This document shows, piece by piece, positions 45,736 to 56,010 of a stretch of DNA of 64,000 nucleotides. The translations under genes and the position numbers were made by a program. The notes under the pieces are model-generated. The model saw only the letters and a program-made list of their open reading frames with translations. It was not told where the DNA came from and did no database searches. Each line of letters begins with the position of its first letter. Position 1 is the stretch's first letter. This stretch comes from Clostridia bacterium (GTDB lineage: Bacteria; Bacillota; Clostridia; Oscillospirales; RGIG577), in assembly GCA_017513095.1 (NCBI GenBank), contig JAFWDJ010000007.1:39733-103732 (forward strand). Direction: 5' to 3'.

Positions 45736-46563
45736 TCAGTCGCAGCAGCAGTTATCTTCAAACGCGCTCTTATTGGGCGGGAAGAAGTCGTCAATCGGGA
45801 AATTGAACTGTGAAAACAGCTCGCACGGATCCTGATCGGTGCCCGCGGACGCGCCCTCGCAGTCCCTCTGCGGGATGCAGAAGTCGTAAACGGGTATGAG
45901 AAGCTGTACCTTTCTCGACAGTCTGATTATCGAGAAAATACCCACCGTAACAAGAATCTGCTTGTCGGCCTCGGCCGTTATTTCGTCCTCGAACACGCCC
46001 GAAACGCAGCGCGGCAGGCTCTCCGCGTCGAAATTGCAGCAGCAACAGCACGAGCAGCAGTTATCGCCCGCCGACTCGGGCTCGGCAATCCTTGCCTGAA
46101 GGATCATCGGGTCTACCGTTTCAACGCTCGCCTCGGGCAGATTATTCGTCTGACGGAGCGCGCTGTCGCTGTCGCCCGCCGTGATCTTCGAGCTAAACGT
46201 TCTCGCGGAGCCCTCCGAACCGAACAGGATGACCGTCTTATCCGCCATAGCCACGCCCGTCACGTTTACGGACTGTCCCATGCCGGTGAATACCTCGAGC
46301 GTTATCCTGAAATAGTAGCGGATGGTCACGGAATAATATCCGCGGTTGAACGATATTGGCTCCGCGTCGATATCCACCCAGATAAGCTCTATATCCTTCG
46401 AGCGCACGCTTATCGCCTTGTTTATGACCGGCATCGTGCATCTTGGGAAGTAAACGGGGATATCCCTAAGACAGTCGCGGTCCCGGCAGGAGTCGTATAT
46501 GCGCTTCGTATCGATACATACGGCTTCACGTACCGCCCGCGCAGTCTCGTTTCTTGCAGCCAT
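45736..46563 (-). CDS. Cysteine-rich hypothetical protein (275 aa)
   Basis: N-terminal CxxxxxxxxxCxxxxC (VCIDTKRIYDSCRDRDC), an internal run DNCCSCCCCCNF and a C-terminus NCCCD. No family was recognised. Confidence 0.6.
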   Translation of the reverse strand: MAARNETARAVREAVCIDTKRIYDSCRDRDCLRDIPVYFPRCTMPVINKAISVRSKDIELIWVDIDAEPISFNRGYYSVTIRYYFRITLEVFTGMGQSVNVTGVAMADKTVILFGSEGSARTFSSKITAGDSDSALRQTNNLPEASVETVDPMILQARIAEPESAGDNCCSCCCCCNFDAESLPRCVSGVFEDEITAEADKQILVTVGIFSIIRLSRKVQLLIPVYDFCIPQRDCEGASAGTDQDPCELFSQFNFPIDDFFPPNKSAFEDNCCCD

Positions 46564-46698
46564 GATTTCCTCCTGTAAAAAAATAAACTTTTTCGGGCGA
46601 TACGGTTTTTCGTTCGCCTCGGTATATTTTATGCAATGCGCGGCTTTTGGTGATTAAAGCGCGCGCGGCCGCATATTATCTAACCGTACGAAAGGAGC

Positions 46699-47595
46699 GT
46701 GGGCCGGATGGAAAAGGAGTATCACGTCCGTCACGCAGACGGGGATTTTGCGCTTTTGATGACGTCCCGCGGCGGCATAACGATACGAACGCCCGCGCGC
46801 GGCAGAGCGGAAGCGAAGTCGCTTTTTAAGAACGCGCGGGGCGGCATGGACGTATGCGTAAGCTGCGGCGGCGTCGTGTACGTTATGGCGCAGACGCAAA
46901 GCGGGGCGATAATTAAAATAATCAAACGAGACGGCGTGTGGCACCGCTTCGACGTTCTCGTGCCGAAAAACGCGCTCTATTATCCCAAGCGCTTCGCGCT
47001 CTGTCCGCAAAGCGACGGCGTTTTCGCGTTCTTTTCGCTCCGCGGCTCACAAAATACGTCCCTTTGCATGACGAATCTGTCAAAAAGCGGCGCCGTGCCC
47101 GCGATGATTGCGCATATCGGCGCATGGGACGCCTTTGACGCCGCGAAAAGTCCGGGCGGCGTATGCGCCGCGTTCACGGACGAGGCGGGCACGCTTTACG
47201 CGCTGTTTTACGAGCCTTTAAAAAACAAAAAAAGCCTCGTTCCCCTGCTTTCGGGCGGCGGCTTTTCAAATATTCGTGCCTTCGCGGACGCTGGCGCGCT
47301 CCACACGGTATTCCTGCGGGACGGGAGGCTTTTTTATATCGAGACAGATGCTCGGACGCGCCTCGTGCGAGCGATTCACGATTTGGGCGCTGCGGACGCG
47401 GACGCGGAGCTTTCGCTCTCTCATAAGCGCGGCGCGCTTTTTATACATACCGTCTCTGAGAGCGCAGCGGACACGCTTGAATTTGATTTAAAACGGCGCG
47501 TGTATAAAAAAACGACGCGCGCGACAGGCTCGCACGCGCCTTGCGAGATAAAGCATGTATTCGCGGGCGGAAGCGAAACGGAGCTTGTGATATAA
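46699..47595 (+). CDS. Hypothetical protein (298 aa), divergent from the Cys-rich gene
   Basis: Uninterrupted ORF with host-like composition. No recognisable motif. Confidence 0.5.
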   Translation: MGRMEKEYHVRHADGDFALLMTSRGGITIRTPARGRAEAKSLFKNARGGMDVCVSCGGVVYVMAQTQSGAIIKIIKRDGVWHRFDVLVPKNALYYPKRFALCPQSDGVFAFFSLRGSQNTSLCMTNLSKSGAVPAMIAHIGAWDAFDAAKSPGGVCAAFTDEAGTLYALFYEPLKNKKSLVPLLSGGGFSNIRAFADAGALHTVFLRDGRLFYIETDARTRLVRAIHDLGAADADAELSLSHKRGALFIHTVSESAADTLEFDLKRRVYKKTTRATGSHAPCEIKHVFAGGSETELVI

Positions 47596-47640
47596 AAAGT
47601 CCCGCTCACGCTTGTGAACGGGACCTTTGAAAGCTGATAT

Positions 47641-48594
47641 TTACTTGCCTTTTCTTGATATTGCCTTCTTTACGGCCGCCTCTACCGCCTCGGCGGTAAA
47701 GCCGAACTTCTTCGTAAGGTCGGAATACTTGCCTGTCTCGGCGTGTCTGTCGGGCATGGAGACAGACTCGAGCGGTGCGTACGCGCCCTCAGTGAGCATT
47801 ACCTCGGATACGGCGCTCGTAAGTCCGCCGATTACGTTGTGCTCCTCGGCCGCAACAACGGCGCCCGTGGACTTCGCGTACTTTACGATGGTGTCGCGGT
47901 CAAGCGGCTTTATCGAATAAAGGTCAACGACGGTGACCTCTATGCCCTCAGCTTTAAGCTTCTTCGCTGCTTCAAGCGCCTTAGATACCATAAAGCCCAT
48001 TGAGAAGACTACCGCGTCTTTGCCCTCGCAGAGCACCTTGGAGCCGCCGGGGACGAAGGTATCGCTTTCGGAGTAGATCTGCGGGAACGCCTCTCTCGAA
48101 AGGCGGAAGTATGCGGGGCCCACGTGCTCCTGAGCGAGATACTTCGTTATTCTGTCAGTCATTATCTCATCGCTTGCAACGAATACCGTAAAGTTGGGCA
48201 TCGCGCGCATAATGGCGATATCCTCGAGCGAATGATGGCTGGGGCCGTCGTATGCGCCCGAAAGTCCGGCGTAAGCGCCGGCAAGCTTTACGTTGAGCTT
48301 TCCGTAGGAAATGAGCGCCTTTGAAGCGCACGCGCCTATCGTGGTGAGAAACGACGTGAACGTGTTTACGAATACGTTCTTGCCGCAGGTGGACATGCCT
48401 GCCGCCATTGCCACCATGTTGTTCTCGCTTATGCCGACGTTGAAGAAGCGATCGGGCGCTTCCCTTGCGAAAAGAACGGATTTGGTGGAGCCCGAAAGGT
48501 CGGCGTCGAGCACGATAACGTTCTCGGTCGGTACGCCGTATTTTCTTAACGCCTCGCCGTAAGCGTCTCTTATCGATTTAGGCATCAAGCGCAC
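47641..48594 (-). CDS. Transketolase, C-terminal (pyrimidine-binding) subunit
   Basis: 317-aa split-transketolase second half (DLSGSTK, ISENNMVAMAAG). Confidence 0.9.
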   Translation of the reverse strand: MRLMPKSIRDAYGEALRKYGVPTENVIVLDADLSGSTKSVLFAREAPDRFFNVGISENNMVAMAAGMSTCGKNVFVNTFTSFLTTIGACASKALISYGKLNVKLAGAYAGLSGAYDGPSHHSLEDIAIMRAMPNFTVFVASDEIMTDRITKYLAQEHVGPAYFRLSREAFPQIYSESDTFVPGGSKVLCEGKDAVVFSMGFMVSKALEAAKKLKAEGIEVTVVDLYSIKPLDRDTIVKYAKSTGAVVAAEEHNVIGGLTSAVSEVMLTEGAYAPLESVSMPDRHAETGKYSDLTKKFGFTAEAVEAAVKKAISRKGK

Positions 48595-49420
48595 CTCCTT
48601 TAAGCTCGGCCATGGCCTTTTTGTAGCTTTCGTCGTCTATCGCGCTTCCGTGCCACTTGTTGTTGCCTTCCATGAACGATACGCCCTTGCCCTTTACCGT
48701 TTCGGCAATGATTATCGAGGGCATACCCTTTTTAGCCTTGGCCTCGTCGATGGCGTCGCAGACGTCCTCAACGTCGTGGCCGTTGCAGTGGATTACGTTA
48801 TAGCCGAACGCGCTCCACTTCGCGTGGATGTCGCCCATCGGCATTATAACATTGCTGGGTCCGTCAAGCTGTACGTGGTTGTTGTCGAGTATCGTAATAA
48901 AGTTGTCCGCCTTAAACTTGGATGCGGACATTGCGGCCTCCCAAACGATGCCCTCGTTCGTTTCGCCGTCGCCCAAAATGGCGTAGGTGTACGCATCGGG
49001 ATAATCAAGGCGCTGTGCGAGCGCCATGCCCAATGCCGCAGAGTAGCCAAAGCCTAAAGGCCCCGTGGGTATTTCGATACCCGGAGTGTGGTTCGGCGAG
49101 GGATGACCCTGAAGGTGGCTTCCCGCCTGACGCAGAGTCTTTAAGTCCTCTTTGGGGAAAAACTCAAGCTCGGCTAAAATGCGGTAGAGCATCGGAGCCG
49201 CATGGCCTTTGCTCAAAACGATGCGGTCGCGGCCGGGCCATTTCGGGTTTTTCGCGTCGAACCTCGCTTTCTCGAAAAAAATTGCGGTCAATATCTCGCA
49301 GACCGATAATGAGCCACCTGGGTGACCGGTCTGTATCGAATGCAGCGTTTCTATCACGTCGATGCGAAACTGCCTGCAAAGCGACTCGAGATAGGCCTTT
49401 CTTTTGGGGTCTAAACTCAT
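48578..49420 (-). CDS. Transketolase, N-terminal (TPP-binding) subunit
   Basis: GHPGGSLS, LSKGHAAP and GDGETNEG motifs. The start was chosen at MSLDPKRKAY after an AGGAGG RBS. Confidence 0.9.
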   Translation of the reverse strand: MSLDPKRKAYLESLCRQFRIDVIETLHSIQTGHPGGSLSVCEILTAIFFEKARFDAKNPKWPGRDRIVLSKGHAAPMLYRILAELEFFPKEDLKTLRQAGSHLQGHPSPNHTPGIEIPTGPLGFGYSAALGMALAQRLDYPDAYTYAILGDGETNEGIVWEAAMSASKFKADNFITILDNNHVQLDGPSNVIMPMGDIHAKWSAFGYNVIHCNGHDVEDVCDAIDEAKAKKGMPSIIIAETVKGKGVSFMEGNNKWHGSAIDDESYKKAMAELKGGALDA

Positions 49421-49647
49421 TTTTACCTCCTTGAAGTACGCGCCGCAATATGACGTTTCGGCGGCGCAAAAAATAATTTCGTGGTTATATTTTATCATAC
49501 TAATGCGATTTAGCAAATATTTTATATGAAAATTGCCCTCATTTTTCCGTATTGGCTATAAACCGCGCAGCGAGCGGGCGGCTTTTTGGCCGTTTCTTAC
49601 AAATTCAAGCGTTTAATTCGCTTTTTATAATAAATCCGCGTATTTTC

Positions 49648-49676
49648 TTGACACTCCGATTTTAAATTGCTAAAAT
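49648..49676 (+). promoter_or_regulatory. Sigma-A promoter (TTGACA, 17 nt, TGcTAAAAT) upstream of lpd
   Basis: The -35 is at 49648-49653 and the -10 at 49671-49676 with an extended TG. Confidence 0.6.
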
Positions 49677-49766
49677 GAAATTTGTGATATCGTGATTTTT
49701 TCGCTTTCACATTTTTTGGTGTATTGAACTTAAAATTTTATAATAATTTACAGGAGGAAACACAAG

Positions 49767-51140
49767 ATGATTTATGATGTAATTGTTTTAGGCGGCGGCC
49801 CCGGCGGTTACCTGGCAGCAGAGAGAGCAGGCCATGCAGGTCTCAACGTGCTTCTTATAGAAAAGAGAGCACTGGGCGGCACCTGCTTAAACGAGGGCTG
49901 CGTTCCCACTAAAACGTTCCTTTATTCCGCAAAGATATTCGACTACGCTAACGGCGTAGGCTCGCACTACGGCGTGTCCGTTGAGAATCCGAAGATCGAC
50001 CACGCTTTCGTAGTTAAGAGAAAGAACAAGGTCGTAAAGACGCTTGTAGGCGGCGTTGGCTTTACGATGAAGCAGGCTAAGGTTACCGTTAAGTACGCTG
50101 AGGCTAAGCTTTGCGCTAAGACCGACGACGGTTTCATGGTTGCAGCAGGCGGCGAGACCTTCGAGGGCAAGAACATAATCATCGCTACCGGTTCCGAGGC
50201 TTTCGTTCCCCCGTTCTTCGAGGGTATCAAGGAAGCTGTTGAGAGCGGCTTTGCAGTAACGAACCGCGAGATACTCGACCTCGAAGAGGTTCCGAAGGAA
50301 TTCGTGGTTATCGGCGGCGGCGTTATCGGTCTGGAGCTTGCTTCCTACTTCAATTCGGTAGGCTCCAACGTAAACGTAGTTGAGATGCTCCCCAAGATCG
50401 CCGGCCCGAACGACAACGAGATCTCGAAGATGCTCCAGAAAGAGTATGAGAAGAAGGGCGTTAAGTTCCACCTGAACGCAAAGGTTACGAAGATACTTTC
50501 CGACGGTATCGAGTACGAGCAGGACGGCGAGACGAAGAAGCTCCCCGCTGACAAGGTCCTCCTTTCCATCGGCCGCAAGGCTAACACGAAGGGCTTAGGT
50601 CTTGAAGAGATGGGCGTTGAATTAAATCGCGGCGCAGTTGTTACCGACGCTCAGATGAAGACCAACGTTCCCGGCATCTATGCAGTAGGCGACGTAAACG
50701 GCACCTCCATGCTGGCTCACACGGCTTACAGAGAGGCAGAGGTTGCTGTAAATACGATCCTCGGCATCGCTGACGAAATGAAGTACAATGCAATCCCCGG
50801 CGTTATCTACACGAACCCCGAGCTCGGTTCCGTAGGCTACACCGAGGAGGTTGCAAAGGAAAAGGGCATAAACGTTAAGGTCGTTAAGCTTCCCATGGCT
50901 TACAGCGGACGTTGGGTTGCTGAGAACGAGGGCGGCACCGGCGTATGCAAGCTCATCGTTGACGTTGACACCAACAAGCTCGTTGGCGCGCACATCCTTG
51001 CAAACTACGCTTCCGAGTTCATCTACGGCGTAGCAGCTATGATCACCTGCGATCTCGACCTCGATGCTATAAAGAAGATAGTCTTCCCGCATCCGACCGT
51101 ATCCGAGATAATCCGCGAAGGTATATTCATGTACAAATAA
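49767..51140 (+). CDS. lpdA: Dihydrolipoyl dehydrogenase
   Basis: GGGPGGY FAD motif, redox-active GGTCLNEGCVPTK and the C-terminal interface domain HPTVSE. Confidence 0.9.
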   Translation: MIYDVIVLGGGPGGYLAAERAGHAGLNVLLIEKRALGGTCLNEGCVPTKTFLYSAKIFDYANGVGSHYGVSVENPKIDHAFVVKRKNKVVKTLVGGVGFTMKQAKVTVKYAEAKLCAKTDDGFMVAAGGETFEGKNIIIATGSEAFVPPFFEGIKEAVESGFAVTNREILDLEEVPKEFVVIGGGVIGLELASYFNSVGSNVNVVEMLPKIAGPNDNEISKMLQKEYEKKGVKFHLNAKVTKILSDGIEYEQDGETKKLPADKVLLSIGRKANTKGLGLEEMGVELNRGAVVTDAQMKTNVPGIYAVGDVNGTSMLAHTAYREAEVAVNTILGIADEMKYNAIPGVIYTNPELGSVGYTEEVAKEKGINVKVVKLPMAYSGRWVAENEGGTGVCKLIVDVDTNKLVGAHILANYASEFIYGVAAMITCDLDLDAIKKIVFPHPTVSEIIREGIFMYK

Positions 51141-51263
51141 GCCGTAATACGGCGCAAAAAGGGCAGAGTGAAACGCTCTGCCCTTTTTATATGCGTCGGC
51201 AGCCGTTGACTGCAGTAATCTTTAATAATACAAAAGCCCCCGACGGCAGTCGGGGGCTTTTTT

Positions 51264-52127
51264 CTACTTATTTCTGAATGTGCGCTTAGGCTGCCACGGA
51301 TAGCACGGCGGCAGGTCCTTCGTCGGGCTCATCGAATACTTCGGATCGCGCTTCTCAAGGAAGGAATTTACGCCCTCCGCAGCGTCGGGAGCGGCTCCGA
51401 GGTACCAGTAAAGCAGCGACTCCACCTCGTGCGCGTCCATCGGCGACTGCGCGCCCTGCATAGACCATAAGAGGCGGCGCGTCATGGCGCACGAAACGGG
51501 AGCGCAGTTCGTTGCGATGTCGCGCGCAAGCTCCAGCGCCTCCTTCATAACGTCCTCGGGATCAACTACCTTGTAATAAAGGCCCATCTTGTCAAGCTCG
51601 TCGGCCTTCCATACCTTGCCCGTAAGGGCTATCTTCATGGCGTTGCTCATGCCTACTATTCGCGGCAAAAAATAGCTCGAGCAGCCGTCCGGCACTACGC
51701 CGCGGCGTACGAATACGGCGCCGTATTTGCCTCTGTTCGACGCGATGCGAAAATCGCACGGAAGCGTCATCGTAAAGCCCACGCCCACGGCGGAGCCGTT
51801 TATCGCCGCTATAACGGGCTTGTTGCAGTCGAATATCGCAAGCGCCAGCACACCGCCGCTGTCGCGGTGCTCCATAAGAGGCGTCTTCGTAATGTCGAAC
51901 GTGCTTCCCGCGTTGCCCAGATCCATTCCGGCGCAGAAATGCTTGCCCTTCGGGTCGCCCGTAAGGATTATTACGCGCACGTTATCGTCGCGGTCGCCCT
52001 CGCCGAAGGCGTCGATAAGCTCCTGACAAAGGTTGTCGGTATACGCATTGTACCTCTCGGGGCGGCTTATCGTAATGGTCAGTATCCCCTCGGATATCTC
52101 ATACTTTATGTCCTTGTACTCTTTCAA
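51264..52127 (-). CDS. Enoyl-CoA hydratase/isomerase family protein
   Basis: 287-aa crotonase fold (ILTGDPKGKHFCAGMDL, AAINGSAVGVGFTMTLPCD). Confidence 0.8.
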   Translation of the reverse strand: MKEYKDIKYEISEGILTITISRPERYNAYTDNLCQELIDAFGEGDRDDNVRVIILTGDPKGKHFCAGMDLGNAGSTFDITKTPLMEHRDSGGVLALAIFDCNKPVIAAINGSAVGVGFTMTLPCDFRIASNRGKYGAVFVRRGVVPDGCSSYFLPRIVGMSNAMKIALTGKVWKADELDKMGLYYKVVDPEDVMKEALELARDIATNCAPVSCAMTRRLLWSMQGAQSPMDAHEVESLLYWYLGAAPDAAEGVNSFLEKRDPKYSMSPTKDLPPCYPWQPKRTFRNK

Positions 52128-52196
52128 AACTGCTCCTCCTTTATTGTTTTTTATATAAAACCGCGGGGCAAGAAAACCCCGCGGTCTTTGTACGAA

Positions 52197-55100
52197 CTAA
52201 ATCTTAAAATAATCGACGCCCGACTTAAAGAGCTTCTGATCCTTTTCGCCGTAAATGTTGCGCGCAATGTTCTTTCCTATGCGCTCGCTGTGACCCATTT
52301 TGCCTAAAATGCGTCCGTCCTTATTCGTTATGCCCTCGATAGCCCAAACGGAGCCGTTGGGGTTGTAGTCGATGTCATAAGTCAGCGCCTCGGAAACGTC
52401 TACATACTGAGTCGCTATCTGCCCGTTTTTCTTGAGCTCTTCGAGAAGCTCGTCGCTTGCGACGAAGCGTCCCTCACCGTGCGATATCGGTATCGCGTGA
52501 ACGTCGCCCACCTTCGTATTGTAAAGCCACGGCGACTTCGTGTCGGTCACGCGCGTATATACGTAGCGCGACTGGTGGCGGCCTATCTCGTTATAAGTAA
52601 GCGTGGGCATATCCTTCGTCGCGGGCATTATCTTGCCGTAAGGCAGAAGTCCCACCTTAACGAGCGCCTGGAAACCGTTGCATATGCCCAAAACAAGGCC
52701 GTCGCGGTTCTCGATAAGCTCCATAACGGCTTCGCTTATGCGCGGATTGCGAAGCACGGTCGCAATGAATTTGCCGCTTCCGTCGGGCTCGTCGCCTCCG
52801 GAGAAGCCGCCCGGCAGCATGAGTATATTCGACTGATTTATAAGGCGCGAAAGCTCGGCCACGGACTGCTCTATCATATGCGCGGAAAGATTCCTTATCA
52901 CGAAGATATTAGCCTCTGCGCCCGCCTTTTCAAACTGAGCGGCGGTGTCGTATTCGCAGTTCGTGCCCGGGAATACGGGGATTACGACCTTCGGACGCTG
53001 CACGCCGACTCTCGGAGCGATTTTAACCTGCTTATATTTCCATAGGTCGATAAACTCCGGAATCTCGCTCGCATTTTTCTTCACCTTCGTCGGGAACACC
53101 TCCTCAAGCGGGGTCTCCCACGCATCAAGCAGCATATCTATGGGTATAATGTCGCTGCCGCGGCGTATCATGCGCCACGAGTTTACGCGTCCCAAAAGCA
53201 CGGCTTCAAGCTCGTCGGGAAGCTGCTCGTCGGGAGCCGTCTCAATGACGATGCTGCCGTATAAGCGCTCGAACAGGCGCTCCTCGGGAAAGCTCTTGTC
53301 AAAGTCAAAGCCCACGGGATTGCCGAAGCACATCGTGACCACGGCCTCCGCCACACCGCCGAAGCCTATGGACGACGATGCCTTTATCTTGCCCTTCGAG
53401 GCAAGCTTGTGAAGTATCTCATATTTATTCTTTAAATCCTCAAAATCGGGCAGCTTGTTTTCGTCGTACTTCGCGGAAACGAGATAAACGCAGTCCCCCT
53501 CCGATTTAAAGTCGCTCGTAACGAGCTTCGACGCCTTCCATGTGTTTATCGCGAACGATACGAGCGTCGGCACTACGTCTATATCCATGAACGTGCCCGA
53601 CATCGAGTCCTTGCCGCCGATGGCCGCAACGCCCATCGAAAGCTGCGCGTGAAGCGCGCCCAGCACTGCCGAGAACGGCTTGCCCCAGCGCACGGGGTCG
53701 CCCTTTAGCTTCTCGAAATACTCCTGAAGCGTGAGGTACGCGCCCTTTATCGGCGCGCCCGACGCCGCGATGTTCGAAAGCGACTCAACTACCGCGTATA
53801 CAGCGCCGTGAAACGGGCTTGCCTTGGCGATATAGGGATTGAAGCCGTACGCCATTACGGACGCGGTGTTCGTTTCTCCGCCGAGCACCGGAATCTTCGC
53901 CGCCATATAGCGCATCTTCGAGCGCTGATAAAGGCCGCCGTAGGGCATTACAACGCTGCCCGCGCCTATCGTGGAGTCGAAACGCTCAACAAGGCCGCGC
54001 TGCGAGCATACGTTTAAGTCGGAGAGCATATTTGTAAGCTTGTCTCTTAAAAGCCTGCCCTCCGCGTTATAGGAAAGCTCTATCTTATCCGTATCTATCT
54101 TAGGCACCGAAACGCGCGTCGTCTTGGGTGCGCCGTTCGAGTTTAGAAACTCGCGCGAAAGGTCAACGGTCACGTCGCCGTTCCATTTCATCACAAGGCG
54201 GCCCGTATCGGTCACGCGCGCGACAACGGTTGCCTCAAGGTTTTCGGCGCCCGCGAGCGCGATGAACTTATCGGCGTCGTCTTTTTCTACCACGACGGCC
54301 ATTCTCTCCTGCGACTCGGATATCGCAAGCTCGGTGCCGTCAAGTCCCTCGTACTTCTTTGGTACGCGGTTTAGATCGATCTCCAAAGAATCGGCAAGCT
54401 CGCCTATCGCAACGGATACGCCGCCCGCGCCGAAGTCGTTGCAGCGCTTTATCATATGCGAAGCCTCGGGGTTTCTAAAGAGCCTCTGAAGCTTTCTTTC
54501 CTCGGGCGGATTGCCCTTCTGCACCTCCGCGCCGCACTCCTCAAGCGATTCGAGCGTATGCGACTTCGAGGAGCCCGTGGCTCCGCCGCAGCCGTCGCGG
54601 CCCGTGCGGCCGCCCAAAAGGATAACGACGTCGCCGCATTCGGGTCTCTCGCGGCGCACGTTCTGTGCCGGAGCCGCGCCGACTACCGCGCCTATCTCAA
54701 GACGCTTCGCAACGTAATCGGGGTGGTATACCTCCGATACAAGTCCCGTCGCAAGACCTATCTGATTGCCGTACGAGCTGTATCCGTTCGCCGCCGTGCG
54801 CACTATCTTTCTCTGCGGCAGCTTGCCCTCCATAGTGTCGGCAAGGCTTACTCGCGGATCGGCCGCGCCCGTAACTCTCATCGCCTGATATACGTAAGAG
54901 CGTCCCGAAAGCGGGTCTCGTATCGCGCCGCCCAGGCACGTTGCCGCGCCGCCGAACGGCTCTATCTCGGTGGGATGGTTGTGCGTTTCGTTCTTGAAAA
55001 GAAGCAGCCACTTCTGGCGCTCCTTGCCCACGTCGACGGTTATCTTTATCGTGCAGGCGTTTATCTCCTCGGATTCGTCGAGATTTTTGAGCTTTCCGGC

Positions 55101-55946
55101 CTTCTTTAAGACCTTCGCCGCTATCGTCGCGATGTCCATAAGGCATATATCCTTATGCTTTCCGATGTAGAGCGACTGGCGATGCTTTAAGTATTTGTCG
55201 TATATTTCTTTTAAATAATCGTCGTCGATTTGTACGTCCTCGATCTTCGTAAGGAAGGTCGTATGACGGCAGTGGTCGGACCAGTACGTGTCTATCATGC
55301 GAAGCTCCGTCATTGTGGGGTCGCGGTGCTCCGTATTCTTAAAGTAATCTCTGCAGAAGGCGATGTCGTCGCGGTCCATCGCAAGACCGTACTTATCTAT
55401 AAGGGAGAAAAGCGTATCGTCGTCGGCCTCGGTGAAGCCGTCCACCAATGCCACCTTGTCGGGTATGTCATACTTCATGGCGAGCGTATCGGGCACGGTA
55501 AGCTGCGCCTCGCGGCTCTCCACGGGGTTTATGAGATAATCCTTGATTTTTTTAAGGTCCGCCTTGCTTATTCTGCCCATAAGCACATAGACCTTCGACG
55601 AGGTGATTATGGGGCGCTCGCCCTGCGTAAGAAGCTGTATGCACTGCATACAGGAGTCGGCCCTCTGGTCGTACTGTCCCGGAAGATACTCCACCGCCAC
55701 GATTTTATGGCTGCCGGAAATCTCGGGAAGCTTATCGTACGTGTCATCTACCTGCGGCTCGGAAAAAATGGAGCCGCGCGCAAGCTCGAACGTCTCGTCG
55801 TCTATGCCCTCGGCGCAGTAGCGGTTAAGAACGCGCACTCCCTTTAGGGACTTTATTCCGAGGTCCTCGCTTAAAGCCTGGAAAACCGAACCTGCCTCAA
55901 CCGCAAATTCGGGACGTTTTTCAACAAAAATGCATTTTACTGACAT
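52197..55946 (-). CDS. purL: Phosphoribosylformylglycinamidine synthase, single-chain large form
   Basis: 1249 aa with a C-terminal glutaminase domain (GICNGFQAL, HGEGRF). Confidence 0.9.
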   Translation of the reverse strand: MSVKCIFVEKRPEFAVEAGSVFQALSEDLGIKSLKGVRVLNRYCAEGIDDETFELARGSIFSEPQVDDTYDKLPEISGSHKIVAVEYLPGQYDQRADSCMQCIQLLTQGERPIITSSKVYVLMGRISKADLKKIKDYLINPVESREAQLTVPDTLAMKYDIPDKVALVDGFTEADDDTLFSLIDKYGLAMDRDDIAFCRDYFKNTEHRDPTMTELRMIDTYWSDHCRHTTFLTKIEDVQIDDDYLKEIYDKYLKHRQSLYIGKHKDICLMDIATIAAKVLKKAGKLKNLDESEEINACTIKITVDVGKERQKWLLLFKNETHNHPTEIEPFGGAATCLGGAIRDPLSGRSYVYQAMRVTGAADPRVSLADTMEGKLPQRKIVRTAANGYSSYGNQIGLATGLVSEVYHPDYVAKRLEIGAVVGAAPAQNVRRERPECGDVVILLGGRTGRDGCGGATGSSKSHTLESLEECGAEVQKGNPPEERKLQRLFRNPEASHMIKRCNDFGAGGVSVAIGELADSLEIDLNRVPKKYEGLDGTELAISESQERMAVVVEKDDADKFIALAGAENLEATVVARVTDTGRLVMKWNGDVTVDLSREFLNSNGAPKTTRVSVPKIDTDKIELSYNAEGRLLRDKLTNMLSDLNVCSQRGLVERFDSTIGAGSVVMPYGGLYQRSKMRYMAAKIPVLGGETNTASVMAYGFNPYIAKASPFHGAVYAVVESLSNIAASGAPIKGAYLTLQEYFEKLKGDPVRWGKPFSAVLGALHAQLSMGVAAIGGKDSMSGTFMDIDVVPTLVSFAINTWKASKLVTSDFKSEGDCVYLVSAKYDENKLPDFEDLKNKYEILHKLASKGKIKASSSIGFGGVAEAVVTMCFGNPVGFDFDKSFPEERLFERLYGSIVIETAPDEQLPDELEAVLLGRVNSWRMIRRGSDIIPIDMLLDAWETPLEEVFPTKVKKNASEIPEFIDLWKYKQVKIAPRVGVQRPKVVIPVFPGTNCEYDTAAQFEKAGAEANIFVIRNLSAHMIEQSVAELSRLINQSNILMLPGGFSGGDEPDGSGKFIATVLRNPRISEAVMELIENRDGLVLGICNGFQALVKVGLLPYGKIMPATKDMPTLTYNEIGRHQSRYVYTRVTDTKSPWLYNTKVGDVHAIPISHGEGRFVASDELLEELKKNGQIATQYVDVSEALTYDIDYNPNGSVWAIEGITNKDGRILGKMGHSERIGKNIARNIYGEKDQKLFKSGVDYFKI

Positions 55947-56010
55947 ACCTGTTCACCCTTTTTAAGATTTATCGTATTTATTTAATTTTATCATCAAACC
56001 GGCGGGAGTG

